Origin: a virus
Taxonomy: Duplodnaviria > Caudoviricetes
IMG/VR virus record: IMGVR_UViG_3300012971_000009
Location: 1 to 47,952 of that record
DNA length: 47,952 nt
Reading direction: 5' to 3' (one strand)
This document shows, piece after piece, positions 1-8,464 of this stretch. Each line of letters starts with the position of its first letter. Within the stretch, counting starts at the first letter, position 1. Made by a program: the position numbers and the translations under genes. Under the pieces are notes generated by a model that was not told the DNA's origin, ran no database searches, and was given only the letters and a program-made list of their open reading frames with translations.

Positions 1-123
1 CGCCGCTAAGTCCCAGCTGCTCAGTGAGGACATCTCCGACACCACCGATCTCACCGCCAACCAGGCCGTGAGCGGCACCTTCGGCCTCAACGCCGAGGAC
101 CAGGCCGCCCTCCAGGCCCGGTC
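1..123. repeat. Terminal direct repeat, left copy (circular assembly overlap)
   Basis: 1-123 is identical to 47830-47952 and an ORF reads through the junction. Confidence 0.97.
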
Positions 124-208
124 CCAGCGACGGGGGGCACAGCTTGCCGGTGGCGGTGGTGGTATGTTGAACGAAACGGGAGTCCTTTCCCACAGGGAGG
201 CCATCTGA
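2..208 (+). CDS. C-terminal part of the junction-spanning putative internal virion protein that starts at 46769
   Basis: Frame continues AAKSQLLSEDISD...GVLSHREAI to TGA 206-208, which overlaps the next ATG (TGATG). Confidence 0.85.
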   Translation, partial: AAKSQLLSEDISDTTDLTANQAVSGTFGLNAEDQAALQARSQRRGAQLAGGGGGMLNETGVLSHREAI

Positions 209-408
209 TGGGTGAACCCAACATCACCGATCTTCCCCCGACGAGTGCTGGTCCCGGCAACCACGCCCGCGACGACAAGGCTATGTCCGTCATGACCGTG
301 CCGCGCATGGGCGAGCAGGTCAACCCGTGGAACGTGTCTGGTGCCGACGTGCCCAACAAGTACCCGTACGGTCCCGAAGACATCATGTACGCCGCAGGCA
401 TGCGCTAA
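208..408 (+). CDS. Hypothetical protein (66 aa)
   Basis: GGGAGG SD, TGATG coupling to the upstream gene, GC3-rich codons. Confidence 0.7.
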   Translation: MGEPNITDLPPTSAGPGNHARDDKAMSVMTVPRMGEQVNPWNVSGADVPNKYPYGPEDIMYAAGMR

Positions 409-417
409 GGAGAACCG

Positions 418-582
418 ATGGCAGAAGCAGGTTCGCAGACCTACGAAGGCCCGATCACCGTGTCGGCCACCACGGGCGGCACCACCGCCCACGTCCCCCA
501 TTCGGGGAACAACGACCTGGCTCCGGACTCGGCCACCAACGGCTACAACTCCGACAGTCGGGGCGGCTGCACCATGACGTGA
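418..582 (+). CDS. Small hypothetical protein (54 aa, MAEAGSQTYEGPITVS...)
   Basis: AAGGAG SD before ATG 418, typical codon usage; below the ORF-track length cutoff. Confidence 0.65.
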   Translation: MAEAGSQTYEGPITVSATTGGTTAHVPHSGNNDLAPDSATNGYNSDSRGGCTMT

Positions 583-585
583 CAG

Positions 586-610
586 CACGGGAGGGAGCAT
601 CCCTCACGTG
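586..610. terminator. Stem-loop between convergent genes, possible terminator
   Basis: CACG-g-GAGGGA-gca-TCCCTC-a-CGTG; no U-tract. Confidence 0.35.
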
Positions 611-645
611 AGAGACCCGTGAACTGGGCGCAGGAGGGCCAGGGC

Positions 646-909
646 CTAGCTCTGGCCCTCCTGCGTCCCCCCGATGGGGGCGTCCACTTCGAAGACCTGG
701 ATCCAGGTCGAGCAGGTGACGCTGCTGTCGAACACCTCACAGTGCCAATTGCCGTTGTACTGGAACCAACCGTTGGGATGATCCTTGGTGAGGTGTAGTA
801 CCCACTTGGCTTCGACTGCTGTTACGGCTTTCTCCAAACTGGAGTAGATGCCGAAGGGACCGGCGTCATGGTAGGTGTAATCCTTCATCACCACGTAGGC
901 CTTTGACAT
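646..909 (-). CDS. Hypothetical protein (87 aa) lying antisense within the virion operon
   Basis: Globular-looking sequence (YVV..D....PFGIYSSLEKA...IQVFEVD); preceded by AGAGAGAGG like the early genes. Confidence 0.7.
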   Translation of the reverse strand: MSKAYVVMKDYTYHDAGPFGIYSSLEKAVTAVEAKWVLHLTKDHPNGWFQYNGNWHCEVFDSSVTCSTWIQVFEVDAPIGGTQEGQS

Positions 910-1064
910 GGTGACCCTCTCTCTGATTTGATTCGCAAGGTATCAGGAGTGTTGGCCGTGGTGAGCCGTATTCGGCCCATGGAGCTGGCCCTGGCCGCGG
1001 GTGGTCCCCGTACGCCCGTGTCGATGGCAAACGCGGGAGCACGGCCAGGAAACGGAGTTCCTCC

Positions 1065-1652
1065 ATGTCCAACACCGAGAACTACGACGACGTCGACGAC
1101 GCAACCATCGGCAAGCTCCGTGCCCGTGCTGACCAAGCGGCACTGCTGGAGCGTGAGGTGGCCGTGCAGAAGGCTGAGTTGGCCGTCCTGAAGGCCGGTA
1201 TCCCTACCGGCACCAAGGTGGGCCAGGCCTTCCTGCGTGACCTCGCCAGTGCCGAGGGCGTCGACCTCAACGACTCCACCTCCATCCGCAAGGCGGCTGA
1301 GGAGTGGGGTCTGTGGCAGCCCGAGGGTAGCCCCGCCCGTGATGTCCAGCAGTTCGAAGACCAGAGCAACCTGGCCCAGGCCCGTGACGGCCTGGTCGGG
1401 GGGACGGCGCCCGATGCCGCTCCGCCCCCGTCCCCAGATCCTGTGGACGAGGGTTGGGCCAACTTCAAGCGCCGGGTCTACGAAGAGGGGTCACGTCGTG
1501 AGGACGCGTTCGGAGAGGTGTTCGACCGTATCGTGACCGGTGCGGTCAAGGGCGACGAGCGGTGTGTGATCAAGACCACGCCCGGACCTACGGGTGCCAT
1601 CCAGCGCACCTGGCGGGAGCGGGCCATCCCCTACGTCCCGGGCAAGTCGTGA
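1065..1652 (+). CDS. Putative capsid scaffolding protein
   Basis: Acidic N-terminus plus coiled coil; lies upstream of the major capsid gene. Confidence 0.65.
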   Translation: MSNTENYDDVDDATIGKLRARADQAALLEREVAVQKAELAVLKAGIPTGTKVGQAFLRDLASAEGVDLNDSTSIRKAAEEWGLWQPEGSPARDVQQFEDQSNLAQARDGLVGGTAPDAAPPPSPDPVDEGWANFKRRVYEEGSRREDAFGEVFDRIVTGAVKGDERCVIKTTPGPTGAIQRTWRERAIPYVPGKS

Positions 1653-1933
1653 CCGTCTGTGCCATCTCCGGCTGCACCGTGCACTACGGGTGCATCCTGA
1701 AGCGCAAGGGCATCTACCTGTCCGCCGACGCCGTGCCCAACCGCACGAACATGCGCCCGTCGGTCATGAACGAACCGTCGTGGGAGAAGGGGATCTTGAC
1801 CGAGGATCGGGCCGGGTACAAGGTGCCCGTCCTGAACGCCGACCTGTCAGGCCCGGTGGGACTGAAGGAGTACTCCGAGAATCGCCACGCCATTGACGCA
1901 GCGCGCCAGCGCCAGATCGAGATCGGAGCCTGA
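1649..1933 (+). CDS. Hypothetical protein (94 aa) with N-terminal C/H cluster
   Basis: GTGA overlap with the scaffold stop; CAISGCTVHYGC motif; fills the gap to the capsid gene. Confidence 0.7.
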   Translation: MTVCAISGCTVHYGCILKRKGIYLSADAVPNRTNMRPSVMNEPSWEKGILTEDRAGYKVPVLNADLSGPVGLKEYSENRHAIDAARQRQIEIGA

Positions 1934-1936
1934 TAG

Positions 1937-3097
1937 ATGTCCACCATTGTCGGGACCTCGACCTCCTACGACCTGACCACCGGGGTCAAGGTCAACATGG
2001 ACGAGGTCATCTACACCCTCGACCCCATCGACACACCGCTGCTCGGCGGCGTGGGGGCCGACGGTCTGTCCACCATCACCACCTACCCCACCGACGAGAC
2101 CGAGTTCTTCTGGATGCACGAGAACATCCTGCTTCCGAAGAGCATCAACCAGGCCACCCTCACCGCTGGTGACACGGTGGTCACCCTGGCCACGGGCGAC
2201 CGGGCCAAGTTCTCGACTGGTGACGTCCTGGTCTTCAACCGCACGGGTGGCCAGGTCACCCGAGAGCTGGTGCAGGTGGCGTCGTATGGGACCACCGCCG
2301 ACACCCTCGTCATCACCCGAGGCTTCGGTGGCACCTCCGCCGCCGGTCGCAACCAGGGTGAAGTCATCCAGAACCTGGGACCGGCCCTGCCCGAAGGTTC
2401 CGATCCCCAGAACGCCCGCCAGAAGGACCGCAACGCGCTGTCCAACTACACCCAGATCTTCGGTCCCACCAAGGTGTCGATGTCGGGCACCGAGCAGGTG
2501 GTGTCGAAGTACGGTGTGGCCAACGAGTTCAACCGCCAGATGTTCAACCGGACGAACGAGAACGCCATCGAGCGTGAGCAGGCCTTCATCTACGGCGTGA
2601 AGTACCAGTCCACGACGACCAAGGTCCGCACCACGGGTGGCCTCGACTTCCACATCACCACCAACGTGGACACGCTGTCGACGCAGCTGACGGTGGCCAA
2701 GATCCAGTCCATCCAGCAGCTGTGCTACGGCCAGGGCGGACTGCCGGACCGGCTCATCGCCAACCCCGGTGCCCTCGGGGACCTCAACGACATCTCCAAC
2801 TCCTCGATCGTGCGCCAGACCATCATGGACTCCACCCGAGGCCGGGTGCCCGTGATGGAGGCGTGGACGGAGTTCGGACCCATCTCGGTGATCCGTCACC
2901 GCTGGTTGCACGCCTCCATGGCGTTCCTCATCAAGCGGGACGGGGTGGTTCGTCGTGTGATCCGGCCCTTCCAGATGGAGCGACTCGCCAAGACGGGTGA
3001 CTCCGACCATGCCCAGATCCTCATCGAGGAGGGCCTGGAGGTGAAGGGCCAACAGCACATGGCCAAGTTCGTCCTGCTCGGTTACGCCACACCGTAA
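1937..3097 (+). CDS. Major capsid protein (SU10/DUF5309-like, HK97 fold)
   Basis: 386 aa; D.I..LDP.DTPLL, EGSD...R..LSNYTQIF, SGTEQ, R.TGGL and LAKTGDS...I..E.GLEV motifs. Confidence 0.88.
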   Translation: MSTIVGTSTSYDLTTGVKVNMDEVIYTLDPIDTPLLGGVGADGLSTITTYPTDETEFFWMHENILLPKSINQATLTAGDTVVTLATGDRAKFSTGDVLVFNRTGGQVTRELVQVASYGTTADTLVITRGFGGTSAAGRNQGEVIQNLGPALPEGSDPQNARQKDRNALSNYTQIFGPTKVSMSGTEQVVSKYGVANEFNRQMFNRTNENAIEREQAFIYGVKYQSTTTKVRTTGGLDFHITTNVDTLSTQLTVAKIQSIQQLCYGQGGLPDRLIANPGALGDLNDISNSSIVRQTIMDSTRGRVPVMEAWTEFGPISVIRHRWLHASMAFLIKRDGVVRRVIRPFQMERLAKTGDSDHAQILIEEGLEVKGQQHMAKFVLLGYATP

Positions 3098-3116
3098 GCG
3101 AGACAGGGACGGGGAG

Positions 3117-3950
3117 GTGCCTGCCGACACAGGCACCTCCCTCTACACTCCGGCCATGGGCATGCGCGAGCTGGTACAAGGGGCCACCATCAGGGTGATG
3201 CCCAAGATGCACGATGCCTCGGGAATCACCGTGGCATGGTGCTCACCAGGCATCACCGACAACCGGTTCACCGAGTCGCTGTCGGCCATGCACGTGTTCG
3301 ACAAGTTCTACGGTGGGAACCGGATCTGGTCCACGATCTCCATCGAGGGCGGTCCCCGCATCGTGGAGACCAGGACCCAGATCATCGAGAACTTCATCAA
3401 CAAGCTGGACCTCAGCCATCCCGTGTCATGCGAGGCTCCCACCTGGCTCGCCACCGTCGATGCCGACATGGGATTCGAAGGAGACGCCATACACCGTCTG
3501 GTCACCATCGCCGAGGAGGGCGACCCCAACACGGGAGACCCCATCCACATCATCGGGGGGCTGTGCTTTGCGGGTGGTCGGACGCATATGACACCAACGA
3601 TCTATCGGGAGTACGTGGACGAGGACGGGAAGGCCCTGTGCGAGCCGCTACGTGAATACCCGAAGAACGCGCTGCTCAAAGTGGCAGCCACAGGCGCCGC
3701 CTTCATGGTCGTGCATCGAGACGTGCTCATAAAGATGTACGAAGCGTTCAAGACGGCGCCGGATGGATATCCGCACCCCCATCCCTGGTACGTGGAAGGC
3801 CAGTACAAGGGGAAGCAGTTCGGCGAGGACATCGCCTTCTGTCGGCGGGCCGCTGCTATCGGGTACCCAACCTGGGTGCACACTGGAGTCAAAACGGACC
3901 ACATGAAGCGGTTCGCACTCAACGAGGACCTCTATGACGACATTCGGTGA
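3117..3950 (+). CDS. GT-A fold (GT2-like) glycosyltransferase
   Basis: DxD motif (VDADM), ATGAAFMVVHRDV, GEDIAFCRRA, WVHTG..H; start codon uncertain. Confidence 0.75.
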   Translation: MPADTGTSLYTPAMGMRELVQGATIRVMPKMHDASGITVAWCSPGITDNRFTESLSAMHVFDKFYGGNRIWSTISIEGGPRIVETRTQIIENFINKLDLSHPVSCEAPTWLATVDADMGFEGDAIHRLVTIAEEGDPNTGDPIHIIGGLCFAGGRTHMTPTIYREYVDEDGKALCEPLREYPKNALLKVAATGAAFMVVHRDVLIKMYEAFKTAPDGYPHPHPWYVEGQYKGKQFGEDIAFCRRAAAIGYPTWVHTGVKTDHMKRFALNEDLYDDIR

Positions 3951-4854
3951 CCTCGTCGACCGCACCTTGGAAGGGTGGTTGGAACCCAACCGCCGCCACT
4001 CCATGTCGAAGCTGTCCGCTGCCATCGGTGTCTCTGACGTGGCGCTCACCCTCTCCTACCCGCTCAGTGTTTCACGTGGAACACGTCTGTCCCTCGACGA
4101 CGAGGACATCCTGGTGTGGGCCTACGACACCAAGTCGTCCCAGGTGACGGACATGACCCGGGGCTACGGCCTCACCGACGCCTCGGCGCACAACCCCGGC
4201 ACCATCGTGGAGATGGACAGCCGTTTCCCCCGCGGCCGGGTGCTGCGAGCACTGCGCGAGGAGGTCAACTCCTGGGGCACCGACATCTACGGCATCGAGA
4301 TCTTCGACCTGATGGCCTCCACCAACATGTCGTGGCTGGACCTGGCCGGGTTCACGGGCGACGCCAACTCCCTGCTCGGCATCGTGGACGCCCGCATCCG
4401 TCGCTCTGGTGTCGATGTGGCCATGAACCCCTCGACGTACGACCGCTGGCCCCGGCTCGACCATGTCGCTCTGCACCGCAACATGCCGACCGACCAGTTC
4501 CCCTCCGGGATCGCCATCAAGTTGGGTGAGATCAGCCAGGGTGTCTCAGCCGTACGGGTGCACATGGCCACCAGCTTCAACGCCAGTAGTGCCACCGAAA
4601 CGACCGACGTCACCGTCACCGGCCTGATCGAACCCCAGTGCGAGGTGGCGTGCGTGGGTGCGGCGGTACGGCTGATGTACGGCATGGAGCAGGACCGTTC
4701 CGACCGCACTTCGGCCGGTGAGGCCCGCCGTGCCCAGGAGACCCAGGTGGGCCAGACGGCATCGCAGGCATCGTTGCTCCAGCGCGCCTACGACCGGCGC
4801 CTGGACCTGGAGAAGGCGAGGTTGACCAGCCTCTATCCGATTCGGGTCACCTGA
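3934..4854 (+). CDS. Putative head-tail adaptor / tail tubular protein
   Basis: MTTFGDLVDR-type N-terminus, helical C-terminus, position after the capsid gene. Confidence 0.55.
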   Translation: MTTFGDLVDRTLEGWLEPNRRHSMSKLSAAIGVSDVALTLSYPLSVSRGTRLSLDDEDILVWAYDTKSSQVTDMTRGYGLTDASAHNPGTIVEMDSRFPRGRVLRALREEVNSWGTDIYGIEIFDLMASTNMSWLDLAGFTGDANSLLGIVDARIRRSGVDVAMNPSTYDRWPRLDHVALHRNMPTDQFPSGIAIKLGEISQGVSAVRVHMATSFNASSATETTDVTVTGLIEPQCEVACVGAAVRLMYGMEQDRSDRTSAGEARRAQETQVGQTASQASLLQRAYDRRLDLEKARLTSLYPIRVT

Positions 4855-6896
4855 TGCCGGTCGTCAGCTGGCCTCTGGAAGGCGATGTCTACCCGAACCT
4901 CGTCTGGACCGGGCCGTATGGCTCCGTCCCCGACAGCGATGTCCCTGCTCTCATGGGCGTGTCGATCGGTGGCATCGACCTCAAGGTCGAGGTAAACCAG
5001 GTCCGGCGCAAGACGATCGACGCACTCCGCGCTGCGTCGTTCCAAGGCGCCACCCCGTCCGAAGCCAGTCTGTCCACCGAGGCAGCCTGGCTTCGGACAC
5101 AGCGCACGTGGCGCTACGGCTCGGGCCTGGTCATCGCCGATTCCCAAGACGACGGGTTGGACAACATCATCCTGGGCCAGCGCTACGACGACGGCTTCCA
5201 CGCCGGGCCGACCCAGCACGCCGACGGCCTGTCGCTGTTGCGCCGGGCGTCGGGGAACCTGGTGGGTCCCAACACGCTTCAGACGGCGGGCAAGGCGGTG
5301 GCGGCGGGGTCTTACACCTTCGCCCTCCTCACCAATGGCGTGCATCGCATCGACGCCGCCAGTGACGTACTGTGCACCGGCTTCGGGACCGACACGCCTC
5401 GGGCCATCGCCAGCGATGGTTACACGATCTGGGTCCTGTGCTCCGTGGACGCCACGCACGTGCGCATGTACAGCCTCACGGTGGTGGCGGGCACGGCCTT
5501 CACCGCCATGACCGCCGGTTCCCAGCTGCTGCCCACCTCGGGAGCCACGAACTATCTGATGTACGCCAACGGCTTCTTGCTGGCGTTCGCCAACACGACC
5601 ATGTACTCGGTGTCGCCCACGGGGTCGTTCTCGGCTGCCATCGACACCATCTCGACTGTCTCCACATTGACCGGTCCTTACGTCATCGTGGGCACGGCAT
5701 CGCCCACCTTCTTCTACTTCTCCATCGGTGCCAGCAATGCCTTGCCGTACGCCATCTTCAAGATCTCGGTGGACTCCACCGGGATCTTCGGCAAGTTCTC
5801 GGCGGCGGCGCCCGCCTTCGGACCCACCGAGTCCGTCGGTCCCATTCTGGTGGACAACGGGCTGATGCTGGTGGGTACCAACCTCGGCTTCTACTGCGGC
5901 CAGCTCGCCACCGACGGCAATATCAGCTTCGGTCCCCAGATCGCCCTGGTGAACGACGACCCCAACATCGCCGCGGACGCTCCCAACTACGGCGTCACCG
6001 CCTTCGCCCGGTTCCGGGACAAGATCGTGGCCTCCTTCAGCTTCGGCGACTACCTCAACGAGCGTTTTGCCATGGGGGTCAATACCTCGTTCTACGGAAA
6101 CGTGGCGTGGTTGACGGCGGGCACCTTCGTCATCGACACCGGTCGCTTCACCGACATTCTGGTGCCGTCGTGGTCGTTCTGGTGGCGTGATATCACCAAG
6201 ACGGGCAGCACCACCCGCTGTGTCATAGCCGAGAACCGTGACACTCCCGTCGCCTTCTTGGCCGATGGGTACCGGGTCATCGGCAGGACGAACCTCTTCC
6301 CCCAGGGTGTGGCCGTGAGTTCCTGGTACACCTTCGGCCTCGACGCCAAGAAGACCTTCGTCGACGTGGAGATCGCCTTCGACCCCCTCGCCACCGGGGA
6401 CTCCATCGCCGTGTACTTCCAGGGCGACGACGACCCGGCGTGGAACCAGGCCGGTGCCGCCACCATTCCCGGTTCGGTGGAGATGGCAGCGCCTATTCCT
6501 CTGGTGGTGAACGTCCGCAAGCTCCGTTTGGCCTTCGTGCTCACGGCGGGGTCGGTGACCCAGACCACCACGCCGCATCTACGGCGGTTCCAACTGCGGG
6601 CCTACCCGACGCCACGGCGGACCGAGGAGATCATCTACCCGGCCATCGTGCACGACGACATCCGTATCGGTGAGGGTGAGATGGTGGACCGGCGCCTCGA
6701 TACCCGGAGCATCTACGACCAGTTGGCGGCACTGGTCATGAGCGGCGTGGCGGTGCAATGCCAAGAGGGTGATCGGTCGTTCCTGGCCCGGGTGGACTCG
6801 GTGGAGATCCAGCCCGATCATTGGTCCATGGACCGTGAGACGGGCGGTTACCGTTTCTACCAGGGCTACTACATCGTGAGGGTGCTGACGCTATGA
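4854..6896 (+). CDS. Putative tail nozzle / tubular B-like protein
   Basis: 680 aa, beta-rich and propeller-like, follows the adaptor with TGATG coupling. Confidence 0.5.
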   Translation: MPVVSWPLEGDVYPNLVWTGPYGSVPDSDVPALMGVSIGGIDLKVEVNQVRRKTIDALRAASFQGATPSEASLSTEAAWLRTQRTWRYGSGLVIADSQDDGLDNIILGQRYDDGFHAGPTQHADGLSLLRRASGNLVGPNTLQTAGKAVAAGSYTFALLTNGVHRIDAASDVLCTGFGTDTPRAIASDGYTIWVLCSVDATHVRMYSLTVVAGTAFTAMTAGSQLLPTSGATNYLMYANGFLLAFANTTMYSVSPTGSFSAAIDTISTVSTLTGPYVIVGTASPTFFYFSIGASNALPYAIFKISVDSTGIFGKFSAAAPAFGPTESVGPILVDNGLMLVGTNLGFYCGQLATDGNISFGPQIALVNDDPNIAADAPNYGVTAFARFRDKIVASFSFGDYLNERFAMGVNTSFYGNVAWLTAGTFVIDTGRFTDILVPSWSFWWRDITKTGSTTRCVIAENRDTPVAFLADGYRVIGRTNLFPQGVAVSSWYTFGLDAKKTFVDVEIAFDPLATGDSIAVYFQGDDDPAWNQAGAATIPGSVEMAAPIPLVVNVRKLRLAFVLTAGSVTQTTTPHLRRFQLRAYPTPRRTEEIIYPAIVHDDIRIGEGEMVDRRLDTRSIYDQLAALVMSGVAVQCQEGDRSFLARVDSVEIQPDHWSMDRETGGYRFYQGYYIVRVLTL

Positions 6897-7975
6897 CCAC
6901 GACACGAGTTCGTCACTTCGGCGAGGTGCCTCAAACTGCGGTGGCGGGGACCTTCAACACTGGCGATGCCACCATGAGCATCGCCAGTGCTACGGGTTGG
7001 CCCGCCGCCTACCCCATCGACATCGTCATCTCCCGGGGCAACGGAGCGCTGCGGGAACGGTGCCGGGTCGGTGGCCTGGTGGGCACCACGATGACCGGTG
7101 TGCTGCGGGCACGAGACGGGACGACGGCCAAGAAGCACGACGTCGGTGAGACGGTGGAGATCTGCTTGTCGGCGGAGAACCTCGACGAGCTGAACAGCCT
7201 GCTCGGTGGTGCCGCCGGGGACATCAACTACTTCGACGCCTCCGCCAATGCCGCCAAACTGCCCATTGCCCCGGCCAACCAGATCCTGTACTCGACCGGT
7301 GCTTTCCCGCGCTACAGCCCCCTGACCACGTTGGTGGACAGCTTGGGTGGTGGCAGCGTGGATGGGCGCGTGCTGCACCGTGAGGGCGGGAACTGGGTGG
7401 CGGCTCCTGTGACCACGATGTTGGACAGTGTCTCGGGTGGCGGCAACGACGGACGGGTGTTGCACCGGGAGTCGGGGAGCTGGGTGGCCAGCTATCAGGG
7501 TTCTCTGCCCGTGTTCGCCAATGCCGCAGCTCGTGACGCCGCCATCCCCTCGCCCATTGCCGGGCAGGTGTGTTACCTGGACACCAACGACTACACCGAG
7601 GGCACGTACGCCTACAGCGGTTCGGCCTGGTACAGGACCGCCAGCCGCATCGACAGCCGCAACGTCGCCTACCTCGGTGCCGTGTACGACGCGACCAAGC
7701 CGATCGACATCTTCACGAGCCGGTTCACGGCCACGACCGACTCCAACGGGTTGTTCACGCTCACTCTCTCCGCCTTTGCCATGCCCCGTCTGCCCGTGGC
7801 CATCATCGGTAGTCACATCCAGGCCTACCCGACCAGCGCCTACGTCTACTGCCAGCTCTTCATCATCGCCGACACGTCGGGACCGACGACCTTGAACTGC
7901 CGGGCCTTCAACGTGGCGGGTGCTAACCCCGGCGTCGTCAACGTGCAGGGTGGGATCACCCTGCTGTACCAGTGA
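6893..7975 (+). CDS. Tail fibre / fibre-attachment protein
   Basis: Internal 29-aa repeat; FANAAARDAAIPSP..GQVCY...Y.GSAW fibre motif. Confidence 0.6.
   Translation: MTTTRVRHFGEVPQTAVAGTFNTGDATMSIASATGWPAAYPIDIVISRGNGALRERCRVGGLVGTTMTGVLRARDGTTAKKHDVGETVEICLSAENLDELNSLLGGAAGDINYFDASANAAKLPIAPANQILYSTGAFPRYSPLTTLVDSLGGGSVDGRVLHREGGNWVAAPVTTMLDSVSGGGNDGRVLHRESGSWVASYQGSLPVFANAAARDAAIPSPIAGQVCYLDTNDYTEGTYAYSGSAWYRTASRIDSRNVAYLGAVYDATKPIDIFTSRFTATTDSNGLFTLTLSAFAMPRLPVAIIGSHIQAYPTSAYVYCQLFIIADTSGPTTLNCRAFNVAGANPGVVNVQGGITLLYQ
7322..7495 (+). repeat. Two diverged 87-bp in-frame tandem repeats
   Basis: LTTLVDSLGGGSVDGRVLHREGGNWVAAP / VTTMLDSVSGGGNDGRVLHRESGSWVASY. Confidence 0.85.
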
Positions 7976-7987
7976 TCGGAGACTGAC

Positions 7988-8455
7988 ATGGCGACACCGG
8001 CTCAGACCGAGGCGTGGAACGCTCAGCGTCTGTTGAACCAGGACTTCTCGGGCATCGTCACCAACATCGGCAACCAGATCGCCCAGGGCCGCATCCTGCC
8101 CAAGTTCACCTCCGCAGTACAGCGGGACCAGGCCTTGACCCACCCCGCCGAGGGTGACATCTGCTTCCTGAACACCGGCGACGCCACCGAGGGGGTGTAC
8201 GTCTACAGCGGCGGGGTGTGGCAGTTCCTGACGGGGGGTGGCGGCGGTGGTTCCCAGACCCTGGCCTACCGGCACGTGCAGAACACGGCGGCGACGCAGT
8301 GGATCGTCAATCACGGCCTCAGCTTCTATCCCAACGTGGTGGTGGTGGACTCGGTGTACCGGCGCATCATCCCCGACGAGATCGACTTCCCGTCCCAGAC
8401 CAATGTGCAGATCTTCTTCACCGTGGCGGTGGCCGGTGAGGCCTACCTGAGCTGA
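7988..8455 (+). CDS. Minor tail / fibre-associated protein
   Basis: FTSAVQRD...P.EGDICF motif, poly-Gly hinge, H.Q..AAT.W.VNHGL.FYP.V.VVD C-terminal module. Confidence 0.6.
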   Translation: MATPAQTEAWNAQRLLNQDFSGIVTNIGNQIAQGRILPKFTSAVQRDQALTHPAEGDICFLNTGDATEGVYVYSGGVWQFLTGGGGGGSQTLAYRHVQNTAATQWIVNHGLSFYPNVVVVDSVYRRIIPDEIDFPSQTNVQIFFTVAVAGEAYLS

Positions 8456-8464
8456 GGAGCGAGC

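Noticed and set aside
1-123. End repeat as a biological terminal repeat or att site
   Set aside because: It lies mid-gene with no regulatory features, as expected for an assembler overlap.
7322-7495. Fibre repeat as a DGR template/variable repeat pair
   Set aside because: No reverse transcriptase, differences are not adenine-specific, and both copies are in-frame and tandem.
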